From an uncultured Clostridium sp. (GTDB lineage: Bacteria > Bacillota > Clostridia > TANB77 > CAG-508): a stretch of DNA of 62,350 nucleotides. Location of the stretch: NCBI GenBank assembly GCA_948468275.1, contig CAOKHI010000003.1:1-62350 (forward strand). Reading direction: 5' to 3'. Below are positions 27,622 to 38,692 of the stretch, one piece after another (position 1 is the stretch's first letter; the number at the start of each line of letters is the position of its first letter). Both the position numbers and the translations under genes were made by a program. The notes under the pieces are model-generated. The model did no database searches, was not told the DNA's origin, and saw only the letters and a program-made list of their open reading frames with translations.

Positions 27622-28314
27622 TTATATAATTACAATACATATTACACAATATATTATTACCTTAATTATATTTTTTGCTAATATATCATAATTTACCAAT
27701 TTTATGCCTACATCATTTAGTTTATCATATTGTTCTATTATTTCATCACATTCTTCTTTTGAACATACATTATTTTCTTCTATATATTCTTTTGCTAAAT
27801 ATCTTGCTTTAGTCATTGCTTCTGTTTCTAACATACTTCTTATAAAATAGTGTACTAACCCTAATAGTATTAATATATTTAGATATACTTGTGGATTTTT
27901 TATTATTTTTAGTATTGTTAGTACTGATATGGTTAGAAAATACAGTACATATATATTTGTATATATAAAATTAAACCATAACATCCTTTTGCTTTGTATA
28001 GAATGTATACATTCATGTGCTATTGTTTGTACTCGTGTAAAGCTATTTTTTATATTGGCTATTGTTATTGTATCTCCCACTACAACATATAAACTTGTTT
28101 TTGATTCATTATCTTCTTTTACTTTTACTGTGGAATTATTTAACTTTTTTAAAATACTATTACATATTTCTAAATTACTAGGAAATTCCTTTGTACGTTC
28201 ATCTAATTTCTTATTTTCACCTATTAATTTTACTTTTTTTATATTTAACTTAATTATATATGCTAGAATCAGCAGTAATACTATACTAATTACTACTATT
28301 GCTATATATTCCAT
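27622..28314 (-). CDS. membrane protein with HExxH motif (putative zinc metalloprotease)
   Basis: 230 aa with an N-terminal TM, AHECIHSIQ, and further TM helices. Confidence 0.5.
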   Translation of the reverse strand: MEYIAIVVISIVLLLILAYIIKLNIKKVKLIGENKKLDERTKEFPSNLEICNSILKKLNNSTVKVKEDNESKTSLYVVVGDTITIANIKNSFTRVQTIAHECIHSIQSKRMLWFNFIYTNIYVLYFLTISVLTILKIIKNPQVYLNILILLGLVHYFIRSMLETEAMTKARYLAKEYIEENNVCSKEECDEIIEQYDKLNDVGIKLVNYDILAKNIIKVIIYCVICIVII

Positions 28315-28367
28315 AATATCTCCTCTTATTCTTCTTTTGTAGTTTATATTTAAAAATCACATAAAAT

Positions 28368-28718
28368 TTATTTTAAAATATCTTGAACTGCTTCTCCTAT
28401 TAATTTATTTACATCAGCCAGAATTACGTTAAATTTTAATTCTGCTTCAAAATATTTTTTCATAGTTTCGTTTTGTATAAGTTCTAAATATAAATTTTGC
28501 ATATCTTGTGCTTTTTGCTCATCTTGTTTATTTCCTTGTATAGTTGCTATTTGTAATTCATATCTTGCTTTTTCAAAATTTTCTAATTTCTCTTTTAGTT
28601 CTAAATTATTTTTAACTTCTTCTTTTAATTTTTTATAATTAGTATATTCTTCTGATGTCTTTAACTCATAAGCTAATTTATTTGCTGTATCATATATATT
28701 CATATTAACCTCCACCAC
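28368..28718 (-). CDS. YlbF/YmcA-family regulatory protein
   Basis: MNIYDTANKLAYELKTSEEYTNYKKLKEEV... is a typical UPF0342 N-terminus. Confidence 0.7.
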   Translation of the reverse strand: MVEVNMNIYDTANKLAYELKTSEEYTNYKKLKEEVKNNLELKEKLENFEKARYELQIATIQGNKQDEQKAQDMQNLYLELIQNETMKKYFEAELKFNVILADVNKLIGEAVQDILK

Positions 28719-28724
28719 TGTATA

Positions 28725-30023
28725 TTAAGCATATGCTTGTCTTTTTCTAAAGCTTAACAAGCTTGTAATTTCTGCTTCTGTATTTTTTGCTTTCTTAGTT
28801 TTCTTAGCTTTTTCTTGCATAATTTGATTTTTCTGCCTTTGTGCCATTGTTTGACATATCGCTTTTTGATATGTAAAGTGTGTATCTTGTGCAATTTTTG
28901 CCCAGTTGTATTCATTTTTAACCTTTGATTTTGCTTTTTTTACAACATTATCTCTTAATTGTGGATTATATAATAGTGCAAGTATTGAATCTGCTAATGA
29001 ATTAGGATTTCCTGCATAACTTTTCATTCCATCTACCCCATGTTGTACTATTTCATTTAATCCTCCTATATCTGAAACTACTACTGGTGTTCCAGATAGC
29101 ATTGCCTCTAAGGCTACTATTCCAAATGGCTCATATGTACTTGGAAATACAGATATATCAGCACATTTATACATTTTACATACTTGTTTTGCATCCATAT
29201 ATCCTGTAAAATACACTTTATTTGATATTCCCATTGCATTTACTTGTGCTTTTAATTCATCTGTCATTCCACCTTTTCCTGCAATAATAAGCTTGGAATC
29301 GTTGTATCCTGATAGTATTTTGGGCATTGCAGATATTAGGTGTTGTATTCCTTTTTCATATACAAGCCTTCCCATAAATAATATTATTTTTTCATTATCT
29401 GCTGCATACTGTCTTCTAAAATCGTAATCTCTTTCTACAGAGTTAAACATATTTATATTTATTCCATTTGGTACTACATTTATTTTTTCAAATGGTAAAC
29501 CAAATAAAGATTGTAATTCTCTTTTCATATAATTACTATTTACTATTACTTCTGTCGATTCATATGTTAACATCCATTCTGTATCATTTATATATCTTTG
29601 AACCTCATCATGTATTCCAGAATTTCTTCCACTTTCTGTTGCATGTATTGTAGATACTATTGGTATATCATAGGAATTTTTTAGCGTTTTTGCAGCATAT
29701 GCTACTAACCAATCATGTGCATGTATTACATCAAATGTTCCATTTTTTGCTATTATTTCATTTGCTTTTGCTATCAAATTAAAATTCATTTGCATAACCC
29801 AATCTATAAAATTATTTGGATTTATCATAAAATTGTCTACTCTATATACTTGTACTCCTTTGTCATCTTCATAGTATGGAACATTTCCTTCTTTATATGT
29901 AACTACTGTTACTTCATGCCCATCTTTTATTAGTCTTTTAGATAAATCATTAACTACTCTTGCTATTCCGCCTACTATTCTTGGTGGATATTCCCATGTT
30001 AACATTAATATTTTCATTGGCAC
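28725..30023 (-). CDS. GT4-family glycosyltransferase (glycosyl transferase group 1) with basic C-terminal tail
   Basis: 432 aa with ILMLTWEYPPRIVGGIARVV and the E(x7)E region FPSTYEPFGIVALEAM. Confidence 0.85.
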   Translation of the reverse strand: MPMKILMLTWEYPPRIVGGIARVVNDLSKRLIKDGHEVTVVTYKEGNVPYYEDDKGVQVYRVDNFMINPNNFIDWVMQMNFNLIAKANEIIAKNGTFDVIHAHDWLVAYAAKTLKNSYDIPIVSTIHATESGRNSGIHDEVQRYINDTEWMLTYESTEVIVNSNYMKRELQSLFGLPFEKINVVPNGININMFNSVERDYDFRRQYAADNEKIILFMGRLVYEKGIQHLISAMPKILSGYNDSKLIIAGKGGMTDELKAQVNAMGISNKVYFTGYMDAKQVCKMYKCADISVFPSTYEPFGIVALEAMLSGTPVVVSDIGGLNEIVQHGVDGMKSYAGNPNSLADSILALLYNPQLRDNVVKKAKSKVKNEYNWAKIAQDTHFTYQKAICQTMAQRQKNQIMQEKAKKTKKAKNTEAEITSLLSFRKRQAYA

Positions 30024-30119
30024 ATGCGCCCCTTCCTCGACAATTTTCTTTAGTTGTTTACTTCTTTGTATATTTTATACAACTTTTCTACAATTGTAAA
30101 TATGTTTTTAATAAATATT

Positions 30120-33100
30120 CTAAATAATTTCTATATTTTTTTGTAATCCTACTGAATATATATACATTTTACTTACTTTTTTGTTTAGTGCTTCTTCTAA
30201 TGCTCGTTTATATAATAATAATTGTTCTTTGTATTTACTTACTAATTCTTGCTCTTTTCCATTTTCTACATAGTCTGTTTTATAATCTACTAATATTAGT
30301 TCCCCTTGTTTATTTATGTAATATAAATCTATAATTCCTTGTACTAATATGTCATATTCTACATCTTTTGTATATATCTCTTTTGCTGGTATATTTATAT
30401 AAAATGCTTTTTCTTTGCATATCTGTCTTGCTTGTTTTAGTTCTTGCCATAAAGTAGATTTTGTATACTTTAATATTGCATCTACGTCTATACTTTCTTC
30501 TTCTTGTTTTGTTATTATTTCGTTTTTACTAAGTTCTTTTACAATACCTTGTATTTTTTCATAGTTATATTCTTCTTTTTCATTTAATTTTTGAATACAT
30601 AAATGTATTAATGTTCCTTTTTTAGCACTTGTTATTTTTAATTGTTCACTTAAAAATTTAGGTGCACTCATATTTGCTTTTATATCTTTTTTTTCTGATG
30701 TTTTAATAGTATTGGTAATTTCTTTTTTTAGTTCCTTTATTTTAGTTACAGATGTTTTTGTTGGTATTGTTGATGCTAAAGTATCTTTATATTCCCAATT
30801 CAATAATGCTTTTATTTTTTCATTTCTTTCTTTTTTATTTTTAAACATTTTTTCTTGCAATTTTTTCGTTTCTTCTTTTTCATCATTCTTTAAACTTGCT
30901 ATAAATTCATCTTTTTCTATTATATCTACTTCTAATATATCTTTTATTTCATTCTTATTTTTCAAATATACTAATTGCAACCAATCTAGATATGTTTTAT
31001 ATTTTTTTACTATATTAAAGTTTATATTTTCTTCTTCATACATATTTAGTAAATCTTCTTTTTCTTTTATCTCCTTTTTAATATCTTTTGAAAGACCTGT
31101 TATTATTAATTTCTCTTTTGCTCTTGTAAGTGCTACATATAATATTCTCATTTCTTCTGAAATTGTTTCTATTTTAGATTTATAGCTTATTGTCTCTTTT
31201 GCAAGTGTATTGTATTCTATTCGCCTTTCGTAATTTATATATTTAGGTCCTAAACCTATATCTTGATGGAGTAATATATTTTCATTCAAATCCATTAAAT
31301 TAAATTGTTTTTTTGTTGCACATAAAAATACTACTGGAAACTCTAATCCTTTACTCTTGTGTATACTCATTATTCTTATTACATCTTCATTTTCCCCAAT
31401 TAGTTTTGCTGAATCCATATCTGTATTAGTTGTTTTTAATTTATCTATAAAATTAATAAAGTTAAATAATCCCTTAAAACTGGCTGTTTCATATTGTTTA
31501 GCTTTATCAAACAACATCTTTAGATTAGCTTGTCGTAATATTCCATTTGGCATTAAACTAACATAATTATAATACCCTGTATCTAGATATATTTGCCAAA
31601 TTAACTCATCTAAAGATAAATATTCTTGTTTTCTTCTCCATATTTCTAGATTTTCTAAAAAATTATTTATTCTTTCTTTTAAATCATCTTCTACATTATC
31701 TTTAGCATCTAACAGTACTTCATAAAAACTTTTTGTATTAGTAGTTTTAGAATTTACTTTTATATGTATTAAATCATTATCATCAAATCCACCAATTGAT
31801 GAACGTAATACTGTAACTAATGGAATATCTTGTCTTGGATTATCTATTATTTTTAGTAAACTCAGAATTGTTTGTATTTCTACTGACTCTAAGTATTGCG
31901 AACCTGTATCACTAAATACTGGCAAATTTAAATTAGATATTTCTTTTTCATAAATTGGTGCTAAATTTTGGGTTGAACGTAATAAAATTACTATATCTTT
32001 GTATGTTATGTTTCTATATCCTTTGTCTTTATCATATACTTTATATTTACTTTGTATTAAATTACGTATCTTATTTGCTACAAATTTTGCCTCTATTACA
32101 ACATCTTCTATTCTTTCTACTTGTTCTTCATCTTCATCATCCTCTATATTTTGTTTTAAATCTATAATGTGTAACTCTGTTTTTAAATTTGTATCTTTAC
32201 TTGTTTCTTCATAGTTTGCACCTAAATTTAAGAATTCATTTTCGTTATAATCTATATCTCCTAATTTTTTACTCATTATATTTTTAAATACCATATTTGT
32301 AATGTCTAATATATTTTGTCTACTTCTAAAGTTTTTAAATAATTGAATTTTTAGTGAATCTTCCTCTTTCTTATCTTGCTTTAGCTTATATGTTTCATAT
32401 TTAGATATAAATAATTCTGGTCTTGCTTGCCTAAACTTATATATACTTTGTTTTACATCTCCTACCATAAATATATTATTCCCATTTGATATTGTAGATA
32501 GTATATATTCTTGTACTAAATTACTATCTTGGTATTCATCTATTGCTATTTCACAAAATTTTTCTTTATATCTTTTAGCTACATCTGTTGCAACAAATTC
32601 ATCATTTTCATCTTTTTTTACTAATATATCTAATGCAAAATGTTCTATATCATTAAAATCTATAATATTTTTCTCTTTTTTCTTTTTAATAAATTCTTTT
32701 TGAAATTGTAATATCAAATCCTTTAATGGTTCTAAAATTTTATACATTTCATATATATCTTCATTTGCATTTTTTGAATCATATATTAATATTCTATCTT
32801 TTATTTTATTAAACTTCTTCTTAACTAAATCTCTTTTTTCTTTTGCTATTTCTTTTTGTTCTAATGTTATTTTCCTATCTACAGGCCATTTTTCAAATTT
32901 GAAATTTTGTGCTAGATTATACACTTTATCCCATAAATCTAAATTTGCATATATTAATTCTAATTGTTCTAAATCAGTACAAATTATTTTATAAAATTTG
33001 TCTAATTCAATATATTTGCTTAGATCCCTTTTTATACTTTTTAGTTCTGCAATACATGAATACAGCTCATCATTAAAAGCTTCTAATAATATATTACCCC

Positions 33101-33735
33101 ATTTTGTTTTTGCAAAATCACATTTCGTATCTGTTGTTTTAAATTCTTCTACTGCATCTTCTAACCATTTTTGTGGAAATGGACTACTTTGTATATATCT
33201 ATAAATTCTTAATATAATATCTTTTAAAGGTTCATCTCCTCTATATCCTGTATATGTATTTATTAGTTTTAAAAATTCAGCATCTTCATTCAAATATTTA
33301 TCTTCAAAAATCTCTTCTAAAACTTCTTGTTTTAGCAATTCTATTTCTGCTTGTTCTGCTATTCTAAAATTTGGAGCTACATCTATTTCATAAAAATTAT
33401 TTCTTATTACATCTAAACAAAATGAATGTATTGTACAAATATTAGATTTTGCCATTAAAACTGTTTGTCGTATCATTTGTTCATCATCTGGATTTTCTTC
33501 TAATCTTTTATATATAGCATCTAATATACGTTGTCGCATTTCAGATGCTGCTGCATTTGTAAATGTAACAACCAATATTTTATCTATATCAATCTTTTCA
33601 TTTACAATTTTGCTTATAATTCGTTCAACCAAAACTGCTGTTTTACCACTTCCGTGCAGCTGCTGCAACAAGTATGTTAGAGTCCTTTTCATTTATAGCT
33701 TGTAATTGTTCATTTGTCCATTTCACTTTACTCAT
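30120..33735 (-). CDS. addA: helicase-nuclease AddA (UvrD-like helicase + RecB-type nuclease); frame broken at in-frame CGG 33654-33652 inside the Walker A motif
   Basis: ATG at 33735 gives MSKVKWTNEQLQAINEKDSNILVAAAA-CGG-KW*. Skipping the C gives AAAAGSGKTAVLVERII, continuing 1190 aa to the nuclease motif GIIDLYY...LVDYKTD. Confidence 0.9.
33652..33654 (-). other. in-frame CGG / +1 frame-break site (addA Walker A)
   Basis: gct gca CGG aag tgg taa. The +1 frame reads gga agt ggt aaa aca. Confidence 0.9.
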
Positions 33736-33914
33736 CTTCTTACTCCTTTTTTTATTATATTGGTATTATATAATATAGTATATAATATAACAATACATTC
33801 TCAATTTTTTAATAAAGCTATTGTTAGTATTACTCACCATGTTTTTTGCACATAAAAAAAGATAGATGTAAAATTCTTACATTTATCTTTTTATGGAATT
33901 TTTATGTTAAACGT

Positions 33915-34256
33915 TTAGTTAGAAGCCCATCTTACCATTTTTATATCTTTATATTTGTTTAAAACTTCTCTATATTTTTGGTATTCTTCCTCCCAAAGTA
34001 GCTCTGGTACTTTTTCAAAAGCATTAAATACTTTTTCTGCTTCCATTAAAAATATTATTTGCTCTTGTGGGCTTAATTTATTTCTATTTTTTGTATATAT
34101 GTACAATTCATCTAATAATTCATTTGCTTTAATAAAAGTCCAAAAATCTTTTACATTCATTCCAGATAGTTTTATTTGCATTATTGAAAATGCTACTAAT
34201 CCAAATATTACAAATACTAAAATATATATTAATGTTGCTATTTCCATTACAACCAC
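33915..34256 (-). CDS. small membrane-anchored protein
   Basis: 113 aa with one N-terminal TM helix. Confidence 0.5.
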   Translation of the reverse strand: MVVMEIATLIYILVFVIFGLVAFSIMQIKLSGMNVKDFWTFIKANELLDELYIYTKNRNKLSPQEQIIFLMEAEKVFNAFEKVPELLWEEEYQKYREVLNKYKDIKMVRWASN

Positions 34257-34388
34257 CTTCTTTTGAATTTTGCAAATTTTCTTTGATGCTAAAATAATTA
34301 TAGCATATGATTACAATTATTGCAAATTTTACATCCTTTTACCATTTTTCATTATTTTGTATTTATACTTGATTATATATCTTATTGT

Positions 34389-35591
34389 TTACTTAAGCAT
34401 TTCTATTGCTTTTTGTAGTTGTGTATCCTCTTCTTCTTTTATTTCTGGCTTATTTTCTAAATCTGCATCTAATTGTACTTCTTCATCTGGTTGTATTCCA
34501 ACTCCATTTATTTTATTTCTTTTTGGTGTATAGTATTCTTGTGTTGTTATTTTTAATCCACTTCCATCTTTTAGTGAAAATAATTCTTGTATAACACCTT
34601 TTCCATATGTCTTTGTTCCTACTGTTCTTGCTTTATTATTTTCTTTTAAAGCTCCTGCTAAAATTTCAGATGCACTTGCCGTACTTTCATTTGTTAATAT
34701 TACTATTGGTACCTCTATAATTGGTGCTTTTTTGGCTTTACTTATTTCTTCATTTTTGTTTTTATCTACTGTAATTAGTAGAGTATCTCCCTTATTAATC
34801 ATCAAATCTGCAATTTCTAGGGCTTCATCAACAATTCCACCGCCATTGTTTCTTATATCTATTATTAAAGATTTTATATTTTTACTTTTTAATTCTTTTA
34901 AATTATCTTCAAACTCTTCACTACATCCATCATCAAAAGTATTAAATTTTATATAACCTATATTATCATTTATAACTTTATTCTCTACATGATTTACTTT
35001 TACATTCTCTCTTTTTATTTCAAAATCTAATGTTTTATCCCCTCTTAGTACTTCTAACTTTACTTTAGTTCCTGGCTCTCCTTTTATTTTATTAGATGCT
35101 TCTGTTAACTGTTCTCCTGTATAGCTTATTCCATCTACTTTTGATATTATATCTCCAGATAATATTCCTGCTTTATATGCTGGTGAATCCTTTATTGGAG
35201 ATATTACTGTTACTGTATTTTTTTGTATATCTTTTGTTAAATATACTCCAATACCTACAAAATTCCCCTCTACATCAATCGTAAATTCTTCCATTTCTTC
35301 TTTTGTTAAATATTGTGTATATGGATCATTTAAAGCTGCAATATAACCTTTAATAGCTCCATCTACCAAAGCTTCTTCTTCCACTTCTCCTAAGAATTTT
35401 TGATCTATTATTTTTCTAAATCCAGCTAATGTATTAGATATTCCTCCATCATTTCCTGAAACATATATGTACCTTCCTGTACTTCCCATATATTTATACA
35501 TACACAATGTTGTAATCATAAAAGTAATTGTTGCAACCAATACAATTAACATTATAATTTTATAAATCTTTTGTCTTTTTTCTATATTCAT
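34389..35591 (-). CDS. S41-family C-terminal processing peptidase (Ctp)
   Basis: 400 aa with an N-terminal TM, PDZ (SPAYKAGILSGDII), IIDIRNNGGG and SASASEILAGAL. Confidence 0.9.
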   Translation of the reverse strand: MNIEKRQKIYKIIMLIVLVATITFMITTLCMYKYMGSTGRYIYVSGNDGGISNTLAGFRKIIDQKFLGEVEEEALVDGAIKGYIAALNDPYTQYLTKEEMEEFTIDVEGNFVGIGVYLTKDIQKNTVTVISPIKDSPAYKAGILSGDIISKVDGISYTGEQLTEASNKIKGEPGTKVKLEVLRGDKTLDFEIKRENVKVNHVENKVINDNIGYIKFNTFDDGCSEEFEDNLKELKSKNIKSLIIDIRNNGGGIVDEALEIADLMINKGDTLLITVDKNKNEEISKAKKAPIIEVPIVILTNESTASASEILAGALKENNKARTVGTKTYGKGVIQELFSLKDGSGLKITTQEYYTPKRNKINGVGIQPDEEVQLDADLENKPEIKEEEDTQLQKAIEMLK

Positions 35592-35725
35592 AATCTCCTC
35601 CTAAATATTATTTAATATATTATACTACAAAAAAATTTTTATAGTATATTTTTTTAAATTTTTCACATAATATAAATAGGCTTTTAATAAAGTCTTTTGT
35701 TTCCTCTTACGTTTTAATATATAGA

Positions 35726-35760
35726 AAATTAGGACGCACATGTTCCTTCCGTCCTAATTT
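35726..35760 (-). terminator. terminator after the M23 peptidase gene
   Basis: Stem aaattaggacg/cgtcctaattt with a 13-nt loop. Confidence 0.5.
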
Positions 35761-35767
35761 TCATTTT

Positions 35768-36919
35768 TTATGTAATATATGGTATTGGATTTACAGCTTT
35801 ACCATTTATTCTTACTTCGAAATGAGCGTGTTTTCCTGTTGATGTTCCAGATGAACCAATTGCTAATACATTTTGTCCTCTTGTTACTTTTTGCCCTCTT
35901 GATACATAAATTGCTGAACCATGTCCATATAATGTAGATACTCCTCCACCATGATCTATAACAACACATTTTCCATATCCATCGCCACTGTCAGATGCTT
36001 TTATAACAATTCCATCATCTGCTGCAACAAATGGTGCTCCCCATGGTGCTCCACCTATATCTATACCATTATGCATTTTTGGAACTTTATATATTGGATG
36101 TATTCTCATTCCATAATTAGATGTTATTTTAGTATATCCTGGTACTGGCCATGCCATTACACCATTATATGTTATTGGTGTACCTCCATTATTTTTATTT
36201 GCTGCTTGTGCTTGTCTAATTTGTGCCTCTAAATCAGACATTTTAGCATCATATTCATCTATTTGTTTTTGTAAAGATTTTTCTTCTTCATTTAGTTTTT
36301 CTACTTCATTCTTTTTTTGTACTTTTGCATTTGTTAGTTTTACATTTTCTTTTTCTGCTTCTGCTTTTGCTATTTTTACTTCTGTTTTTTGTTTTTCTAA
36401 CTCTGCTTTTGCACGTTCAATTTCTTCTTTTTCTCTACTAATTTGCTCTAATAATTCATTATCTGCTTTTGCAACTTTTCCTAATAAATAATAGCTAGAA
36501 ATAAAGTTAGATAAACTAGTTGAATTTAATAAAACTTCTAAATATGTTGTTTTACCAGATTTATACTTTGCTACTAGTCTTTGTTCTAGTGCTTCTTGTT
36601 GTGCTTCTTGCCTACTAGTTGCTTCTTGTAGTTCTGCTTCTTTTGTTTTTATTGAACTTTCTAATTGTTTAACTTGATTTCTAAGTTTGTCCAATTCTTC
36701 TTGGCTTTGTGTGATTTGACTACTTAACTCTTCTATTTTAGATAAAGCATCACTTTTTTCTGCTTCGATTTCATCTTGTTTTTCTTCAAGTTCTTTTTTA
36801 TCATTTTGTGCTTTATTTTGTTGATTTTTCAAATCATCAACAGTAGATGCATATGTATATAATGTCATACTACAACAAAATATTAATAATATTATACTTG
36901 TTAAAATTCTTTTTTTCAT
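35768..36919 (-). CDS. coiled-coil M23-family metallopeptidase (EnvC/PcsB-like, FtsEX-associated)
   Basis: 383 aa with a signal peptide, a long coiled coil, and HNGIDI...GHGS...GKHAHFEV. Confidence 0.9.
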   Translation of the reverse strand: MKKRILTSIILLIFCCSMTLYTYASTVDDLKNQQNKAQNDKKELEEKQDEIEAEKSDALSKIEELSSQITQSQEELDKLRNQVKQLESSIKTKEAELQEATSRQEAQQEALEQRLVAKYKSGKTTYLEVLLNSTSLSNFISSYYLLGKVAKADNELLEQISREKEEIERAKAELEKQKTEVKIAKAEAEKENVKLTNAKVQKKNEVEKLNEEEKSLQKQIDEYDAKMSDLEAQIRQAQAANKNNGGTPITYNGVMAWPVPGYTKITSNYGMRIHPIYKVPKMHNGIDIGGAPWGAPFVAADDGIVIKASDSGDGYGKCVVIDHGGGVSTLYGHGSAIYVSRGQKVTRGQNVLAIGSSGTSTGKHAHFEVRINGKAVNPIPYIT

Positions 36920-36932
36920 TTTCTTCCTCCAT

Positions 36933-37862
36933 TTATACTTCTAGATATTTTCTCATAGAAATTGAACTTCCTACTACACCAATACCAATTCCTAATATAA
37001 AATAAACCATTAACATTAAAGTAAACATATCTGAGAAACTTACAAATTTTATTATTTCCATTTCTTTTACTATATCTAACTCCAACATTTTTGGAATTAT
37101 TGCATTATAAGCTAGTCCTACAATTAAAATAGCTATTAATGCTGCTATTATCCCTATAATCATACCTTCTACAATAAATGGCCATCTAATAAAACTATTT
37201 GTTGCTCCTACATATTTCATAATTGATATTTCTTTTCTTCTTGCATGTACTGTTAATTTAATTGTATTCGAGATTATTACTAATGAAATAATTATTAATA
37301 CAAGTAATAGTCCAAATGTAAATATTCGTATTCCTTTTGCAATAGATACTAGTTTTGTAACTACTTCATTAGCACTTTGTATACTATCTAAATCTTCTCC
37401 AACTATTTCTTTTATTTGTGATTGTACTTGTTCATTAAGTTGCAAATCTGTTAAAGTAATAATATATGAATCTGGAAAAGCATCTTCTGAAACTCCTTCT
37501 GTTGTAGATGCATATTCTTTTAATCCCTCTTTTAATTGTTCTATTGCTTCTGATTTAGAAATATATTGTAATGTATTTACTCCTGTTATTTCTTTTATTT
37601 GTTTTCCTATTTCTTCAACTCTACTACTTGATGTACTTACTTTTAAAAAAACCTGCATACCTTGTTCCATTTGTACTGCCTTCATTATGCTATTTATATT
37701 TTCACCTATTATAAAGAAAATTCCAAATACTATCATACATAAACACATAATTGTTAGGGCAGATATTGTAGATTTTTTATTTTTAAAAACGTTTCTAATT
37801 CCTTCGCCTATTAAATAACTAATAACATTATATTTCACTATCATACCCACCTTTACTATCAT
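36933..37862 (-). CDS. ftsX: cell-division permease-like protein FtsX
   Basis: 4 TM helices plus an extracellular loop domain, downstream of ftsE. The true start is probably the internal MIVKYNV. Confidence 0.9.
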   Translation of the reverse strand: MIVKVGMIVKYNVISYLIGEGIRNVFKNKKSTISALTIMCLCMIVFGIFFIIGENINSIMKAVQMEQGMQVFLKVSTSSSRVEEIGKQIKEITGVNTLQYISKSEAIEQLKEGLKEYASTTEGVSEDAFPDSYIITLTDLQLNEQVQSQIKEIVGEDLDSIQSANEVVTKLVSIAKGIRIFTFGLLLVLIIISLVIISNTIKLTVHARRKEISIMKYVGATNSFIRWPFIVEGMIIGIIAALIAILIVGLAYNAIIPKMLELDIVKEMEIIKFVSFSDMFTLMLMVYFILGIGIGVVGSSISMRKYLEV

Positions 37863-38514
37863 CTCTTATGATATTACCTTTTTCTATTTGAATTACTCTT
37901 TTTTTCATTCTATCTACTATGTCTTTTGCATGTGTTGCAACTATTACAGTTGTTCCTCGCATATTAATTTCATTAAGTAACATCATAATATCCCAAGCTG
38001 TATCTGGGTCTAAATTTCCTGTTGGTTCGTCTGCTATTAACATTGATGGATTATTTACTAATGCTCGTGCTAATGCGACTCTTTGTTGTTCTCCTCCTGA
38101 TAATTCATTTGGATACATTTTTGCTTTACCACTTAGTCCTACTAATGCTAAAACCATTGGTACTTGTCTTCTTATATGCCTTGGTGTTGCTCTTACTATA
38201 TACATTGCAAATGCTACATTTTCATATACTGTTTTATCTGGTAATAATCTAAAATCTTGAAAAACAATCCCCATGCTTCTACGTAAATATGGTACTCTAC
38301 TTTGTTTTAAAAAAGTGGTATCTTTTCCATTTATTATTATATTGCCAGAAGTTGGTTCCTCTTCTTTTAATATTAGTTTTATTAAAGTTGATTTACCTGA
38401 TCCTGATGAACCTACTAAAAATGCAAATTCACCTTTATCTATTTTAAAATTTGCATTATGTACAGCTTCTGTTCCTGTGCCATACTTTTTATTAACATTT
38501 CTAAATTCTATCAT
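37828..38514 (-). CDS. ftsE: cell-division ATP-binding protein FtsE
   Basis: GSSGSGKST, LSGGEQQRVALARAL and LIADEPTGNLD. Confidence 0.95.
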   Translation of the reverse strand: MIEFRNVNKKYGTGTEAVHNANFKIDKGEFAFLVGSSGSGKSTLIKLILKEEEPTSGNIIINGKDTTFLKQSRVPYLRRSMGIVFQDFRLLPDKTVYENVAFAMYIVRATPRHIRRQVPMVLALVGLSGKAKMYPNELSGGEQQRVALARALVNNPSMLIADEPTGNLDPDTAWDIMMLLNEINMRGTTVIVATHAKDIVDRMKKRVIQIEKGNIIRDDSKGGYDSEI

Positions 38515-38692
38515 CTTTTACTCCTTATAATGTATAGTTAATTCACATTACATATATCCTTCTTAATCATAACAATAAATGCTTCTTATTGCAATACCAA
38601 ATAACAAAAAAAACGATATATTTTAGAGTTTATTGTCTAATTTATATCGTTTTTCTTTACTTTTTTTATTTTTGTAAATTTTTTGTAAATTT

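Noticed and set aside
33640-33670. Homopolymer-type sequencing error as the explanation for the CGG frame breaks
   Set aside because: I do not favour it. None of the eight sites lies in a homopolymer run. The local contexts differ, and the pattern follows the coding strand on both DNA strands. Two sites are conserved between diverged paralogues with different flanking bases. An assembly artefact still cannot be excluded without reads, so it is listed as a refutation test.
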